In this document: positions 9,562 through 17,850 of the stretch, one piece after another | How positions within the stretch are numbered: position 1 is the first letter of the stretch | How the letters are laid out: each line of letters starts with the position of its first letter | From: an uncultured Gammaproteobacteria bacterium | Lineage (GTDB): Bacteria > Patescibacteriota > Microgenomatia > Levybacterales > GWA1-39-11 | Direction: 5' to 3' | Assembly: GCA_964537315.1 (NCBI GenBank) | Contig: CAZIAP010000003.1 | Coordinates: forward strand, 463 to 64,462 | Length of the DNA stretch: 64,000 nucleotides | Notes under the pieces: generated by a model | Database searches by the model: none | Told to the model about the DNA's origin: nothing | The model's input: the letters and a program-made list of their open reading frames with translations, nothing else | Made by a program: the position numbers and the translations under genes

Positions 9562-11424
9562 CTATGGTTGCTTTACTTCAATTATTGCAACTGTCGGATT
9601 CTGATAAACAAGCTCAAAACGATTGGTGTCTTGCAATAAGTATTGAAGCGCTTTATAGTTATCCAGCGTCAGATCTGATGGATACCAGATATTGAAACTG
9701 AGTGATTCCTTATCTTGTGGGGCACTGTACTGCCATAGAAAGTAGCGTCCACTTATCGCAATCAAACGAGTATCGCTTCTACCTGTTAAGGCGTCATCTA
9801 TCTCATGGAGTAGCTGTGCAATCGATTGATGATCTGAGCTTTTTATTGCTTGATCAAGCTGAGTTCTGGTATCTATGCTCATATATGCTCCTCCAGGTGT
9901 ATTTACCATGCTTAAAGGCTCTATGATGTGCTGAGTTGCGGGATCAGAGATTAAAAGCGTATTAGTATCAGCATAATTTTCTTTTAAAAACTGAGCAGCT
10001 TGAACCTCGTTGGGGGAGATATTTGTATAGAAATCTCGATAACGTAGTATCTCTTTCCATCCGGCGGCATTGGTTGTAAATACAATTAACAGTGAGACAA
10101 CCAAAAGTAAGTATGCAGTATATCTTAAAAGAATAGGCTGAATGTAACGAATGAGTGTATAGATACCAACCGCAAGAATTATATGTATAAAAAATTTAGT
10201 TAGTACGTAAAACTTCATAACGTAAGGAATTTGCAGCAGGATGAGTGCAAAAAGACCAAGTGTAATAGTAAGGATAAAAATCTCTACCTCTCCTTTGGCT
10301 CGAAGAGTGGTTACGAGTCCTATCGGTACAAATAACGCTAGGAAAAATCCATACGTGCGAAGCATAACACGCAATTTTTCCTCAAAAGTGGGATTAAATG
10401 AAGCTGCCTCTCCAGCATTTAGAAAATCAAGCGGAAGATAGGCAGACAGAATAACTGCGGCTACCGCGAGTACAGTAATAGCGCCAATTAAAAACGCACG
10501 GTTAATGTGACGTGCAATAAAGAGTCTGAATTTGCTGTACAAATATATTGTCAGATAAACCACGACAGCGACAGTACCGATGATATAGTGATTTAAAACT
10601 AAGAAGAGTATACTGAAAAATACAAATGGAATTGAAGGCAGGCGACCTTTCTTAATCTCACGAAAGAGTTGAGATACCAGAAAAACAAATACAACGGCAG
10701 TAAATGTCTGGGGTATAAAAAATAGAGAAGTGAAACTGACATATGAATCAAAAATACCTGCAGCAAGTAGTATTGCGATATACGCAACGGCTTTGTTTTC
10801 AGTAACTTCTTTGGTAAGTAGGTATGATGCCATAATTACCATGAAAAAATGAATAAAACCTATCGCGCTCCAGTAGACAAACATATTGGTTGGATAAAAA
10901 ATCTGAGAGGCAGCAATTAGAGTATGATAAAACGATGAGTAGCCGTTAAAACCGAAGGTATCAGTTATGCGGGTAGTCATAAAATTAAACCTATTTTCAA
11001 AGATATTATTTACCAATGTTTGATGTTCAAGCATATCCCAGTTAAACGGGTAGGGACTATCAATTCTCCAGATGAAAAATATTACAGCTGCACATACAAG
11101 CGAGATTAGAGCAGGTATATGAAGATTTTGAACGCTGAGGTCTTTTCTTGGTAGAAAAAAGTTTATTATCAAGGACCCTCCTGCCATTATTCCGGTAGCC
11201 CATGAGAAGACGACAGAGAAGGAAAGTGCTGGGAATAAGGTAATCAGAATGTACTGTATTACAAGTGCAATAGCAAATAGTGAAAATCCTCCTGCTAAAA
11301 AGTAAGTTACAAAAGGGTAAGATAGCTCTTTTTTAATTACTTTTTGCACTAAAACTCGTCCGATACTGGTCGGAATAAGGTAGAAAAGTAATGCTTGTAA
11401 AATTGGAATTAAGATTTCGGTCAT
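9562..11424 (-). CDS. Polytopic membrane protein, possibly a GT-C-fold glycosyltransferase
   Basis: Many hydrophobic helices, WDxxEH-type loop after the first helices, soluble C-terminal domain, adjacent to GT2/GT4. Confidence 0.6.
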   Translation of the reverse strand: MTEILIPILQALLFYLIPTSIGRVLVQKVIKKELSYPFVTYFLAGGFSLFAIALVIQYILITLFPALSFSVVFSWATGIMAGGSLIINFFLPRKDLSVQNLHIPALISLVCAAVIFFIWRIDSPYPFNWDMLEHQTLVNNIFENRFNFMTTRITDTFGFNGYSSFYHTLIAASQIFYPTNMFVYWSAIGFIHFFMVIMASYLLTKEVTENKAVAYIAILLAAGIFDSYVSFTSLFFIPQTFTAVVFVFLVSQLFREIKKGRLPSIPFVFFSILFLVLNHYIIGTVAVVVYLTIYLYSKFRLFIARHINRAFLIGAITVLAVAAVILSAYLPLDFLNAGEAASFNPTFEEKLRVMLRTYGFFLALFVPIGLVTTLRAKGEVEIFILTITLGLFALILLQIPYVMKFYVLTKFFIHIILAVGIYTLIRYIQPILLRYTAYLLLVVSLLIVFTTNAAGWKEILRYRDFYTNISPNEVQAAQFLKENYADTNTLLISDPATQHIIEPLSMVNTPGGAYMSIDTRTQLDQAIKSSDHQSIAQLLHEIDDALTGRSDTRLIAISGRYFLWQYSAPQDKESLSFNIWYPSDLTLDNYKALQYLLQDTNRFELVYQNPTVAIIEVKQP

Positions 11425-12221
11425 AGTGCCTCCTCTGGATTATGTAAAATCTCGACTGTTATTGATGTTTCATGAGAGCTTCCCTCAGTAGTGAGTTCTT
11501 CGATCTCAATAAGTTTTGCATCCCTATTTATGCGCAATATCTGATTTGGATTTGCTCGCACAACTATCACAAATGATGCGTTGGGGTTGGTAATATATAC
11601 AGATCTGTCAGGGATAGGTACTACAAGTCTGTCTGTCTTGGGTGAGAGCGTAACGCCATAAGTTTGTGCAAATATATCCAAATCGCTTTGTTCCCAGTAG
11701 CTATATGCGTTAAGAGATTTGTCAAAGACAATATCATCTCCATTATATGAGAGAGTCATGCCCATCCTGCGAATTTTTTGAGGTTGTGCGAAAATAGTGC
11801 GTTGATACACAGTAACTCTATCTTCCTCAATTAAAGCTTTATATCGGGCATTAAGTTTGTCTGTAGTAAAGGTAACCGATGGACTACCTCCTGTGAGATA
11901 TGTTTTTACAGTATGAGCGATGTTTTCAAATTGTGTTTTTTCAAGATTTGTTTCGTACTGTTTGCTCTCAATTTCAGGAACTGAGATAAAACTGCTTCGG
12001 TTGTTTTGGGCATCAACAGTATAATCATTGAACGGTGAGAATCTGTAGTATAGACGTTTATAATCCTGAAATAAGGAGAGTCCGTCAGAGTAAGGTGCAA
12101 TCTGCATTGAACCTACCGCTGAGACCTGAGGATTATTTGGGAGTAATACTCCATAAACTGCTAGTATAAGCAGCACGCAAAAAACTATAAAAGATAATAT
12201 ATTCCTGCCTAATATATTCAT
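11421..12221 (-). CDS. Hypothetical exported/membrane-anchored protein
   Basis: 266-aa ORF with N-terminal hydrophobic helix, overlapping the next gene. Confidence 0.75.
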   Translation of the reverse strand: MNILGRNILSFIVFCVLLILAVYGVLLPNNPQVSAVGSMQIAPYSDGLSLFQDYKRLYYRFSPFNDYTVDAQNNRSSFISVPEIESKQYETNLEKTQFENIAHTVKTYLTGGSPSVTFTTDKLNARYKALIEEDRVTVYQRTIFAQPQKIRRMGMTLSYNGDDIVFDKSLNAYSYWEQSDLDIFAQTYGVTLSPKTDRLVVPIPDRSVYITNPNASFVIVVRANPNQILRINRDAKLIEIEELTTEGSSHETSITVEILHNPEEAL

Positions 12222-12223
12222 GG

Positions 12224-12550
12224 TTACTGTTGTGGGAGATCACTCCATACGCCATCCCACGTGCGAACACCTTTTTGCCAAGCACACTCTCTGACTTGCT
12301 GCTCCATAGGCCTGCTTATGGTTTGTCCGGTTGTGGCTGTTGTTGTCTCTTGGCGGTAAGCCATGGCACAGTCTTGTATTGCTTGTAGTTCGAGCGCTCG
12401 TTGATTTTGTGCAAGCATAGTATCAACCCGTTCAAGGGCATTTACTGCACCAAAAATCAGTCCGCCTAAAACGACGGCTATAGCCACAGCAATTAGAATA
12501 TTTTTTATTATTTGCATACTTAAAAAATCGAACATTACAAATCTCACCAC
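12224..12550 (-). CDS. Small hypothetical membrane-anchored protein (true start may be downstream)
   Basis: One TM helix and a Cys pair; tightly packed with the neighbouring gene. Confidence 0.7.
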   Translation of the reverse strand: MVRFVMFDFLSMQIIKNILIAVAIAVVLGGLIFGAVNALERVDTMLAQNQRALELQAIQDCAMAYRQETTTATTGQTISRPMEQQVRECAWQKGVRTWDGVWSDLPQQ

Positions 12551-12633
12551 CTTTTCTTATCAAAGTACTCAATGTTAATTAGGTGAAGAAAGATTGATGT
12601 AAGAGATTACATCTGATTGAGTATTTAGATAAG

Positions 12634-12647
12634 ACGAGAAACGTAGA
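12634..12647 (-). repeat. Trailer arm T1, reverse complement of leader arm 13976-13989
   Basis: ACGAGAAACGTAGA versus TCTACGTTTCTCGT, 14/14. Confidence 0.85.
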
Positions 12648-12669
12648 TTGCAAGCAAAGCTTGTGAGAG

Positions 12670-12700
12670 TTACCCTCTCCGCAAATTGCGGAGAGGGTAA
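12670..12700 (-). other. GC-rich 3' hairpin of gene 12722-13867 (no U-tract)
   Basis: TTACCCTCTCCGCA-AAT-TGCGGAGAGGGTAA perfect inverted repeat. Confidence 0.85.
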
Positions 12701-12721
12701 ATATTGAGGACAATGTCCTCG

Positions 12722-13867
12722 TTACGGATTAAACACTGTACCTTCTAGTTCATCAGCTGACGAAGCGAAGGTAAAGGTGACCTCGTAACCGACCGGACCG
12801 ACGGAACCAATATAAATTGATTCTACGTCATCATCCAGAATTACGAGAGCCTTGCCATCTACACGACAATTGTCACATGTGATAGTTCCATCGTCATGTA
12901 GAGACCATACGCGGATAACCGGGTTCCCGCTGATTTGAACAGCACCGTTGCCATGGATTTCCATGGCAATCGCTGCCTCACCCAGAGGACCTCGTTCATG
13001 CGTAAAGGTAAGGACATTACCATTTACTCGTACGTTACCCTTGGAAGTGGCTGCGCATACAGTGAAGCTCGTGACCTGATACTCAGTGCAGTTTTCTAGG
13101 CTCTTGCCTTGACCATGCTTTGGTGCTTCATTAGAAGGCGGTGGTGGTGGAGTAGTTCCTCCATCATCATCACAACCATCCACATATCGCCACTCAAAGT
13201 AGTGCTGGCCGACATTGCCGAACTGAACCTGGTGCTCAGGCGCGTTGTCTGGAGTATATGTCAAGGCTTGGCGTTCACCAAGCTGTACATATACCTTTTT
13301 CATCACACCATCAACTGGTGCGACTGTTTCCATAACTGGAGAGGAGGCGAGTCCGACCTGTTGTAGTCGTCCAGGCTCACTCATGAACTCAGCGAAGTCT
13401 GATCCCCACGAATATCCCCCATTTCGGAAGACATCCTTGAAGTCTCCATAGGAGAGTGGGTTAACTTGACCCGGGTCACCTGCCACATGAACGTCAGATG
13501 GGGAACATACGACAAAGTCGTTATCCCCAACCTGCATCATGCCGGTAACGAGTTCTGCTACCAGTAGACCGTTCGTTACACGCCAATTAGCGGATTCATC
13601 ATACGAACGATCTTCCATTCTCGTTTTGTCAAAGTACTGGACGGCGCGGACACCGCCTGGTGCTTCAACATAGTCCTCCTGACCAATGAAGCGCGCAGGT
13701 TCATAAACCGGACCCCATCCCAGTTCGTTACTCAACCATTGTTCCCGAAAGTTCGAGTGGTTGAATCTGTCGGGCGTGGGATAGTAGTGATCAGCGAAAG
13801 CAGATGCTGACACGCTGATAACTAGCAAGGCCACGATGGCCAACGCCCCAACAAATTTTGTGCGCAA
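12722..13867 (-). CDS. Secreted surface protein, domains A+B (VQYFDKxRME/VTNGLL domain, Pro linker, YIGSVGPVG domain)
   Basis: Signal peptide ending ASAFA; SD GAAAGGA before TTG; paralogous to 15033-16427 (N-half) and 14180-14710 (C-half). Confidence 0.88.
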   Translation of the reverse strand: MRTKFVGALAIVALLVISVSASAFADHYYPTPDRFNHSNFREQWLSNELGWGPVYEPARFIGQEDYVEAPGGVRAVQYFDKTRMEDRSYDESANWRVTNGLLVAELVTGMMQVGDNDFVVCSPSDVHVAGDPGQVNPLSYGDFKDVFRNGGYSWGSDFAEFMSEPGRLQQVGLASSPVMETVAPVDGVMKKVYVQLGERQALTYTPDNAPEHQVQFGNVGQHYFEWRYVDGCDDDGGTTPPPPPSNEAPKHGQGKSLENCTEYQVTSFTVCAATSKGNVRVNGNVLTFTHERGPLGEAAIAMEIHGNGAVQISGNPVIRVWSLHDDGTITCDNCRVDGKALVILDDDVESIYIGSVGPVGYEVTFTFASSADELEGTVFNP

Positions 13868-13980
13868 TTTTTTGTCCTTTCTGCGCTACAAAAAAAATGT
13901 TTGGACCAAATGGCCCAAGAGAAAAACAAGTCAATTCACTTATTTTCCTTTCGAGCCTTTCGGTCCTGAATAATTTCTAC

Positions 13981-14100
13981 GTTTCTCGTTTGTTAAGGTA
14001 CCTGAGTAATCAGTAATACATTCATGCAATATGAAGTATTCCTGAAAATCTCATCTTTGATCTCAAACATTTGCTTGAAAGCAAAGATGAAACGAGAAAC
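13981..14100 (-). repeat. Conserved intergenic element, copy 1 (trailer arm, two hairpins, boxA-like motif, leader arm)
   Basis: Near-identical to 14846-14967 and 16536-16654; ends GTTTCTCGTTT...AAACGAGAAAC. Confidence 0.95.
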
Positions 14101-14121
14101 ACAGCTTCACTAGTGTGAGAT

Positions 14122-14154
14122 TAGGGTCTCTCCCGAACTGCGGGAGAGACCCTA
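14122..14154 (-). other. GC-rich 3' hairpin of gene 14180-14710
   Basis: TAGGGTCTCTCCCG-5 nt-CGGGAGAGACCCTA. Confidence 0.85.
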
Positions 14155-14179
14155 TAAGGTAGCTTACGCTACCAACAGA

Positions 14180-14710
14180 TTAATTCCGTGTCCAGTAATT
14201 CCACGCATATGGAATGGAATCAATGAACTGTGCACCTTCAAAGTCGCTCAGCGACCCAAAGGTGAGAGTGAACTGATGTCCGACCGGACCGACAGACCCA
14301 ATGTAGAATGCACTGGTTCCATGATCCGGCAACTGGATGACGATGTTACCATTTTCGTCTGCTACGTATCGGTCAGCATAGGCATTGTTCAAGTCGGCGT
14401 AAAAGTATACGTCGACTGCTCCGCTGATCCGGATAGCTTCTACGCCACCGGGATATGTCCGTACGATAACAGACATAGACGCTTCACCCATAGGAGCAGG
14501 ATTGTGTGCGAACGTAACGACGTTACCTTCAACACTAACTTCTCCTCTAGAAGGCATAAGACAAACGTTATGACCGCCGATCCACTGAAAGCCTCCACAC
14601 CTGTTCTCCAAAGAAGGAACAGAAGGGGCATTGGCAGATGCAACTGCCGGAATGACGAGCGCCAGGATCACAGCTACGAACGTCACGATGCGAAAATGAA
14701 TCTTGCGCAT
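14180..14710 (-). CDS. Secreted protein, domain B only
   Basis: Signal peptide ending AVASA; SLENRC...GNVVTFAH...FYIGSVGPVG matches the C-half of 12722-13867. Confidence 0.87.
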   Translation of the reverse strand: MRKIHFRIVTFVAVILALVIPAVASANAPSVPSLENRCGGFQWIGGHNVCLMPSRGEVSVEGNVVTFAHNPAPMGEASMSVIVRTYPGGVEAIRISGAVDVYFYADLNNAYADRYVADENGNIVIQLPDHGTSAFYIGSVGPVGHQFTLTFGSLSDFEGAQFIDSIPYAWNYWTRN

Positions 14711-14845
14711 TGCTTTGTCCTTTCATGCGCTAAGACAATAAATTCATCAGACTAACGTAGTCTGAATAGGACCAAGTGGTCCAAGAGAAAAACAAGATTT
14801 TATCCTTATTTCCCTTTCGGACCTCTCGGTCAAAATAAATACTGT

Positions 14846-14967
14846 GTTTCTCGTTTGTTAATGTACCTGAGTAATCAGGAGTAGTCTTTATTCTATAACA
14901 AAGCACTCCTGAAAATCTCATCTTTGATCTCAAACATTTGCTTGAAAGCAAAGATGAAACGAGAAAC
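14846..14967 (-). repeat. Conserved intergenic element, copy 2
   Basis: Same framework; the interior of the second hairpin differs but still pairs (TCAGGAGT...ACTCCTGA). Confidence 0.95.
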
Positions 14968-14981
14968 GCAGGTTATGTATA

Positions 14982-15010
14982 GAGTGGACCCCGCTAAGCG
15001 GGATCCACTC
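14982..15010 (-). other. GC-rich 3' hairpin of gene 15033-16427
   Basis: GAGTGGA-CCCCGC...GCGGGA-TCCACTC. Confidence 0.8.
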
Positions 15011-15032
15011 AGTTTGGTAGCTAAGCTACCGA

Positions 15033-16427
15033 TTAGCGAGCATCAATAGTATTGATGTGCTCGCTTCTGTCATACGGTCCCCACCACACAAGAGACTCGT
15101 GAGTGGGAGCAGCAGTGGTGTAATCCACCGCAATTGAGACAACCCCGTCGTTTGGAAGGATGATAGTAATATCACCCATGTCTGATGTTGCCTGACTGAC
15201 AACATTACCGGAGTTAGTCACAACCGTGACCATACTGTTCGGAGCGATCCGAACATTAATGGCTACAGGGCCTGAAGCTCCAGCCAGGAACTGATCGATG
15301 TACTTTGAAGTAGTCAGAACACCCAAGCACCATCTGATGTGGGTATCTGTTCCTCTGTACACGATCTGTCCAGGATTACCATGGTCAGTCCAGTTGCCTC
15401 CCGAATGATTTCCGAGAGCAAGTGTGACAAACCAACTATCTGCGCCTCCCCAGTCAGGAGCCTTGAACAGGTGTTCATTGAACACGCGGTGAGTCCACGT
15501 ATTCTGCTTGAACTCTTCGATTACTTTGCTGTCCATCTTGTCCAACTTTCCTGGTTCAGGAAAGTAGCAAGGCTCTGGAGCAGACTTAACCGGTGGCTCT
15601 GGCTTGGGTTCATGAACCGGCGGTTCAGGTTTTGGCTTGTGAACCGGTGGTGTAGGATCTGGACCGTGTCCAGGATCTTCAAGCTTACCGGCACACCCGT
15701 CTTTCCCATACCTCCATTCAAAGTAGTGGGCACCGACGTTGCCCCACTCAACCTGCCAACCGTGAGGGTTGTCAGGAGTGTATGTAAGAGCACGGCGCTC
15801 ACCCAACTGTACGAGCACCTTCTTTATGGTGCCGTTAACTTTGGCGTCAGTCCACCAGGCGGGAGAAGAGGCAAGGCCAACTTTATATGTGGCGTTGTCT
15901 TTTGACATGAACTTCTGAAACTCAGGAGCCCAGTCATATCCACCTGGTTTGATATCGTTGTAGAACTTCGCGTAGGTCAAGGCATCATGACCTTGATCCA
16001 TATCACCTGCGACAGGCATATCAGACGGTCTGCATTCAATGAACGCATCATCGCCAATTTGCATGCGGCCTGTGACCAGCTCTACAACAAGTAATCCGTT
16101 AGTGACAGCCCAGTCACCCTTAGAGCGGTAACTATTATCCTCCATACGGGACTTGTCGAAGTATTGGACTGTTCGGAAGCCTTTCGGAGCTTCTTTGTAG
16201 GGTTCTGATTTGAAGTCATATGCGACTTTCAGTGCAGGACCCCACGTCCAAGACTTGGCTTCTTTTCCGTCAATGACGGATTGATCATCCTTCTCCCAGG
16301 TATGCTGAAAGTTCTGATGGTGAAAGCTCGGCTTTTGATAATCCGATGAGGCAAGTGCCACCATCGGAATGAGTAGAGCGGCAATCATCGTTACCAGAAC
16401 GATGATTCCCAATCGTTGTCTGCGCAT
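15033..16427 (-). CDS. Secreted surface protein, domains A+C with a Pro/Lys-rich linker
   Basis: Signal peptide; SWTWGP...VQYFDKSRME...VTNGLLVVELVTG; C-terminal domain nearly identical to that of 16787-17833. Confidence 0.9.
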   Translation of the reverse strand: MRRQRLGIIVLVTMIAALLIPMVALASSDYQKPSFHHQNFQHTWEKDDQSVIDGKEAKSWTWGPALKVAYDFKSEPYKEAPKGFRTVQYFDKSRMEDNSYRSKGDWAVTNGLLVVELVTGRMQIGDDAFIECRPSDMPVAGDMDQGHDALTYAKFYNDIKPGGYDWAPEFQKFMSKDNATYKVGLASSPAWWTDAKVNGTIKKVLVQLGERRALTYTPDNPHGWQVEWGNVGAHYFEWRYGKDGCAGKLEDPGHGPDPTPPVHKPKPEPPVHEPKPEPPVKSAPEPCYFPEPGKLDKMDSKVIEEFKQNTWTHRVFNEHLFKAPDWGGADSWFVTLALGNHSGGNWTDHGNPGQIVYRGTDTHIRWCLGVLTTSKYIDQFLAGASGPVAINVRIAPNSMVTVVTNSGNVVSQATSDMGDITIILPNDGVVSIAVDYTTAAPTHESLVWWGPYDRSEHINTIDAR

Positions 16428-16535
16428 TAAAATTTCCTTTCATTGCGCACAATACGGTTTGGACACATCGTCCGTCAAATAGACAAGCTAATATCTACTT
16501 AACGGACGACATATCTTATTTCCGTATATTTCTAC

Positions 16536-16654
16536 GTTTCTCGTTTGTTAAAGTGCTGAGTAATCAGTAACACATCCATGCAATATGAAGTATTCCTGAA
16601 AATCTCATCTTTGATCTCAAACATTTGCTTGAAAGCAAAGATGAAACGAGAAAC
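16536..16654 (-). repeat. Conserved intergenic element, copy 3
   Basis: Near-identical to copy 1; boxA-like GCACTTTAACAA on the minus strand. Confidence 0.95.
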
Positions 16655-16742
16655 GCATATCTCTATTCACTGACCGTGCTTCGTATCAAATGTTGTCGGT
16701 TCAAATACCGACGATTTAATACATGACAATCATGAGTAGAGT

Positions 16743-16777
16743 ATCCAAGGAGCCCCACAGAGCGGGACTCCTTGGAT
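16743..16777 (-). other. GC-rich 3' hairpin of gene 16787-17833
   Basis: ATCCAAGGAG...CTCCTTGGAT. Confidence 0.8.
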
Positions 16778-16786
16778 TAGATGACT

Positions 16787-17833
16787 CTAGCGAGCATCAA
16801 TAGTATTGATGTTCTCGCTTCTGTCATACGGTCCCCACCACACAAGACTTTCGTGAGTGGGAGCAGCAGTGGTGTAATCCACTGTAATTGAGACAACTCC
16901 ATCATCCGGTAGGATAATGGTGATGTCACCTGCATCCGAGGTTACCTGAGAATGAGCTCCTGAAGGTCCATTCACTGTAACCACTGAGTTCGGAGCGATC
17001 CGAACATTAATGGCTACAGGACCTGAAGCTCCAGCCAGGAACTGATCCACATACTGTGAGCTGGTAAGAACCCCCAAGCACCACTGAATGTGAGTGCTTG
17101 TGCCTCTGTATACAATCTGACCAGGATTGCCATGATCAGTCCATGCACCGCCTGAGTGATTGCCCAGGGCAAGTGTCACGAACCAACTATCTGCGCCTCC
17201 CCAATCAGGAGCCTTGAACAGATGAGGATTGAACACTCTGTGGAACCACTGTCCGTAAGATGCCAACTCAATCTCTGTTTTCGGCATGTCGTCAAGATTC
17301 CCCGAAGCAGGGAACTGGCAGCTTTGTCCTGTCTGCTGTACCGGTTCAGGCATCGCTGGTTCTTGATCAGGTTCATCGTCGACGATTGCAACATAAGTGC
17401 AAGCGTCTTCAACGTCTCTGTCAAGCTCGTAACCATCTCTGACTTCGCAGTCATCGTGGTTGAACTCATCAGGTTCGTCGTCGACGATTGCAACATAAGT
17501 GCAAGCGTCTTCAACGTCTCTGTCAAGCTCGTAACCATCTCTGACTTCACAGTCATCGTGGTTGAACTCATCAGGTTCAGGCGTGCGTGTAGGATCATCT
17601 CGTACAGGAGAAGGACTAGGCTCTTCGTCATCATTGACGTCAATGCCTATACATTCTTCTTCCTCTACTGAGCGATCAATGTCAATTACTCCGACACAGT
17701 CGGAGAGATCGAATTCAACATCGTCCTCACCGTCTGCATTGACGCTACAGGCTGAAAGCATGAGCATCATAGCGATGAAAACGGCAAGGAAGGGGAACGT
17801 CTTTTGGTTCATCGTAGATCCCTTCTTGCTCAT
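16787..17833 (-). CDS. Putative lipoprotein with acidic Cys-containing repeats and domain C
   Basis: Lipobox-like LSAC; two 34-aa repeats; C-domain shared with 15033-16427. Confidence 0.88.
   Translation of the reverse strand: MSKKGSTMNQKTFPFLAVFIAMMLMLSACSVNADGEDDVEFDLSDCVGVIDIDRSVEEEECIGIDVNDDEEPSPSPVRDDPTRTPEPDEFNHDDCEVRDGYELDRDVEDACTYVAIVDDEPDEFNHDDCEVRDGYELDRDVEDACTYVAIVDDEPDQEPAMPEPVQQTGQSCQFPASGNLDDMPKTEIELASYGQWFHRVFNPHLFKAPDWGGADSWFVTLALGNHSGGAWTDHGNPGQIVYRGTSTHIQWCLGVLTSSQYVDQFLAGASGPVAINVRIAPNSVVTVNGPSGAHSQVTSDAGDITIILPDDGVVSITVDYTTAAPTHESLVWWGPYDRSENINTIDAR
17366..17578. repeat. 102-bp tandem duplication inside the lipoprotein gene
   Basis: ATCAGGTTC recurs at 17366, 17468 and 17570; encodes PDEFNHDDCEVRDGYELDRDVEDACTYVAIVDDE twice. 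Confidence 0.95.
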
Positions 17834-17850
17834 ATGAGCTAGGCTATGAC

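Noticed and set aside
14000-14050. Hammerhead ribozyme in the spacer (CTGA...GAAA)
   Set aside because: The required CUGANGA core is not present on either strand
13981-16654. Repeated 120-bp element as a MITE
   Set aside because: It has 11-bp terminal inverted repeats but no target-site duplication, and lone half-sites at 12634 and 19326 plus the arm extensions fit gene-flanking pairing better
12670-16777. 3' hairpins as intrinsic terminators
   Set aside because: No U-tract follows on the coding strand; they look more like stabilising or processing structures
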